From assembly GCF_009914755.1 (NCBI RefSeq), contig NC_060927.1: a DNA stretch of 64,000 bases; one strand, written 5' to 3'. The notes under the pieces were generated by a model. That model was not told the DNA's origin. It searched no databases and saw nothing but the letters and a program-made list of their open reading frames with translations. The DNA comes from the human T2T-CHM13v2.0 reference genome, Homo sapiens. Every line of letters starts with the position of its first letter. The stretch's first letter is position 1. The position numbers were made by a program, and so were the translations under genes. Shown here piece by piece: positions 63,255 through 64,000 of this stretch.

Positions 63255-63920
63255 TGTTATTCAATCAAATACTTATTGTGTGCCTACTACATATTGGGCA
63301 CTATTCTAGGCCCTGTGGATGTATTAGTGAACTAAGCAGGAAAAAAAATCACCTACTCATGTGAAGGTTATGTTGCAATAGACTTTGGAGACAGAGACAG
63401 ACAATAAATTAAACAAATAAGTAAAGTTTATAATACCTTAGAAAATAAAAAGCACTATAAATAAAATAAAGCCAGGAAGAGATATAGGAATTGCCAGAAG
63501 GGCAAATGGTAGACTTGCCATTTAAAATTGGCGTTCATGGAAGATTACAGGAAAAGTCAAAGTTTGAAAGATTTGAAGGAGGGAAGGGAGTAAACCAGAT
63601 ATTTGGGAAGAAGAGTGGTAGTGGAAAAGAGAGAGCAAGAGCAAAGACTGAGAGGAAGGACCTTGCCAGCCACGTTCAAAGAACAGTAAGCAGGATTCAT
63701 GTCTGCAGTAGAGACAGTGATGGGGCAGAGGTTAGAGATGAGGTCAGAGAAGCAGTTTTGGACCAAATTATATATGGATTGATAAAACACCAGTTTTTGC
63801 TCTGATGTGGGCAGTCCTCAGAAAGTTTTGAGCAGAGGTATGATACAATATAACTTGGCTGCTGAATTGAGAAGGACAGAAGCAAGGAGATTAGTTAGGA
63901 GGCCATTACAATAATACAAC
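63255..63920 (-). mobile_element. L2 LINE fragment
   Basis: TATTCAATCAAATACTTATTG.GTGCCTACTA..TGGGCACTATTCTAGG (L2 tail) and GATGAGGTCAGAGAAG...AGTTAGGAGGCCATTACAATAAT. Confidence 0.75.
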
Positions 63921-64000
63921 TAGTACTCTGGCGATTTCAATAGGCATCTTAATTTTTTCACAGTCTACCTTCAAATAATACTATACTACTTCATACATAA

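Overview
Human genomic DNA (it carries an L1HS element with Ta-1 diagnostic bases), AT-rich and dominated by transposable elements. Nearly all long ORFs in the track are LINE-1 ORF1/ORF2 pieces or chance ORFs in repeats. Layout: (1) 1-4911, an L1PA4-like element (+, cut by the window edge) inserted in an MLT2A1 LTR; (2) 5-20 kb, mostly unique DNA with MIR/L2/MaLR/MER5A and an internally deleted ERVL (MLT2) provirus; (3) 20.4-44.8 kb, one nested stack: an ancient L1ME-type element split by an L1MC-type element, itself interrupted by a full-length L1PA6-like copy (-, containing an L1PA5 3' fragment) and an L1MA2-like copy (-, containing an Alu and an MLT2 LTR), plus Tigger2b, L1MA fragments and Alus; (4) 53050-59090, a full-length L1HS Ta-1nd with 12-bp TSD, open ORF1 and ORF0, and ORF2 broken by a +1 frameshift and a nonsense codon; (5) a 305-bp L1PA2/3 tail at 61.2 kb. 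No known host gene is recognisable. Two splice-signal-bounded segments on the minus strand (62438-62615 and a terminal exon starting at 46200) could be the 3' end of a transcript. I found no convincing new biological system. The best leads are a post-insertional inverted templated duplication beside the L1PA6, a predicted in-frame ORF0-host exon fusion from the L1HS antisense promoter, and possible short gene-conversion tracts between two L1s 54 kb apart. Subfamily names come from recalled consensus features, not alignments, and boundaries of old repeats are approximate.
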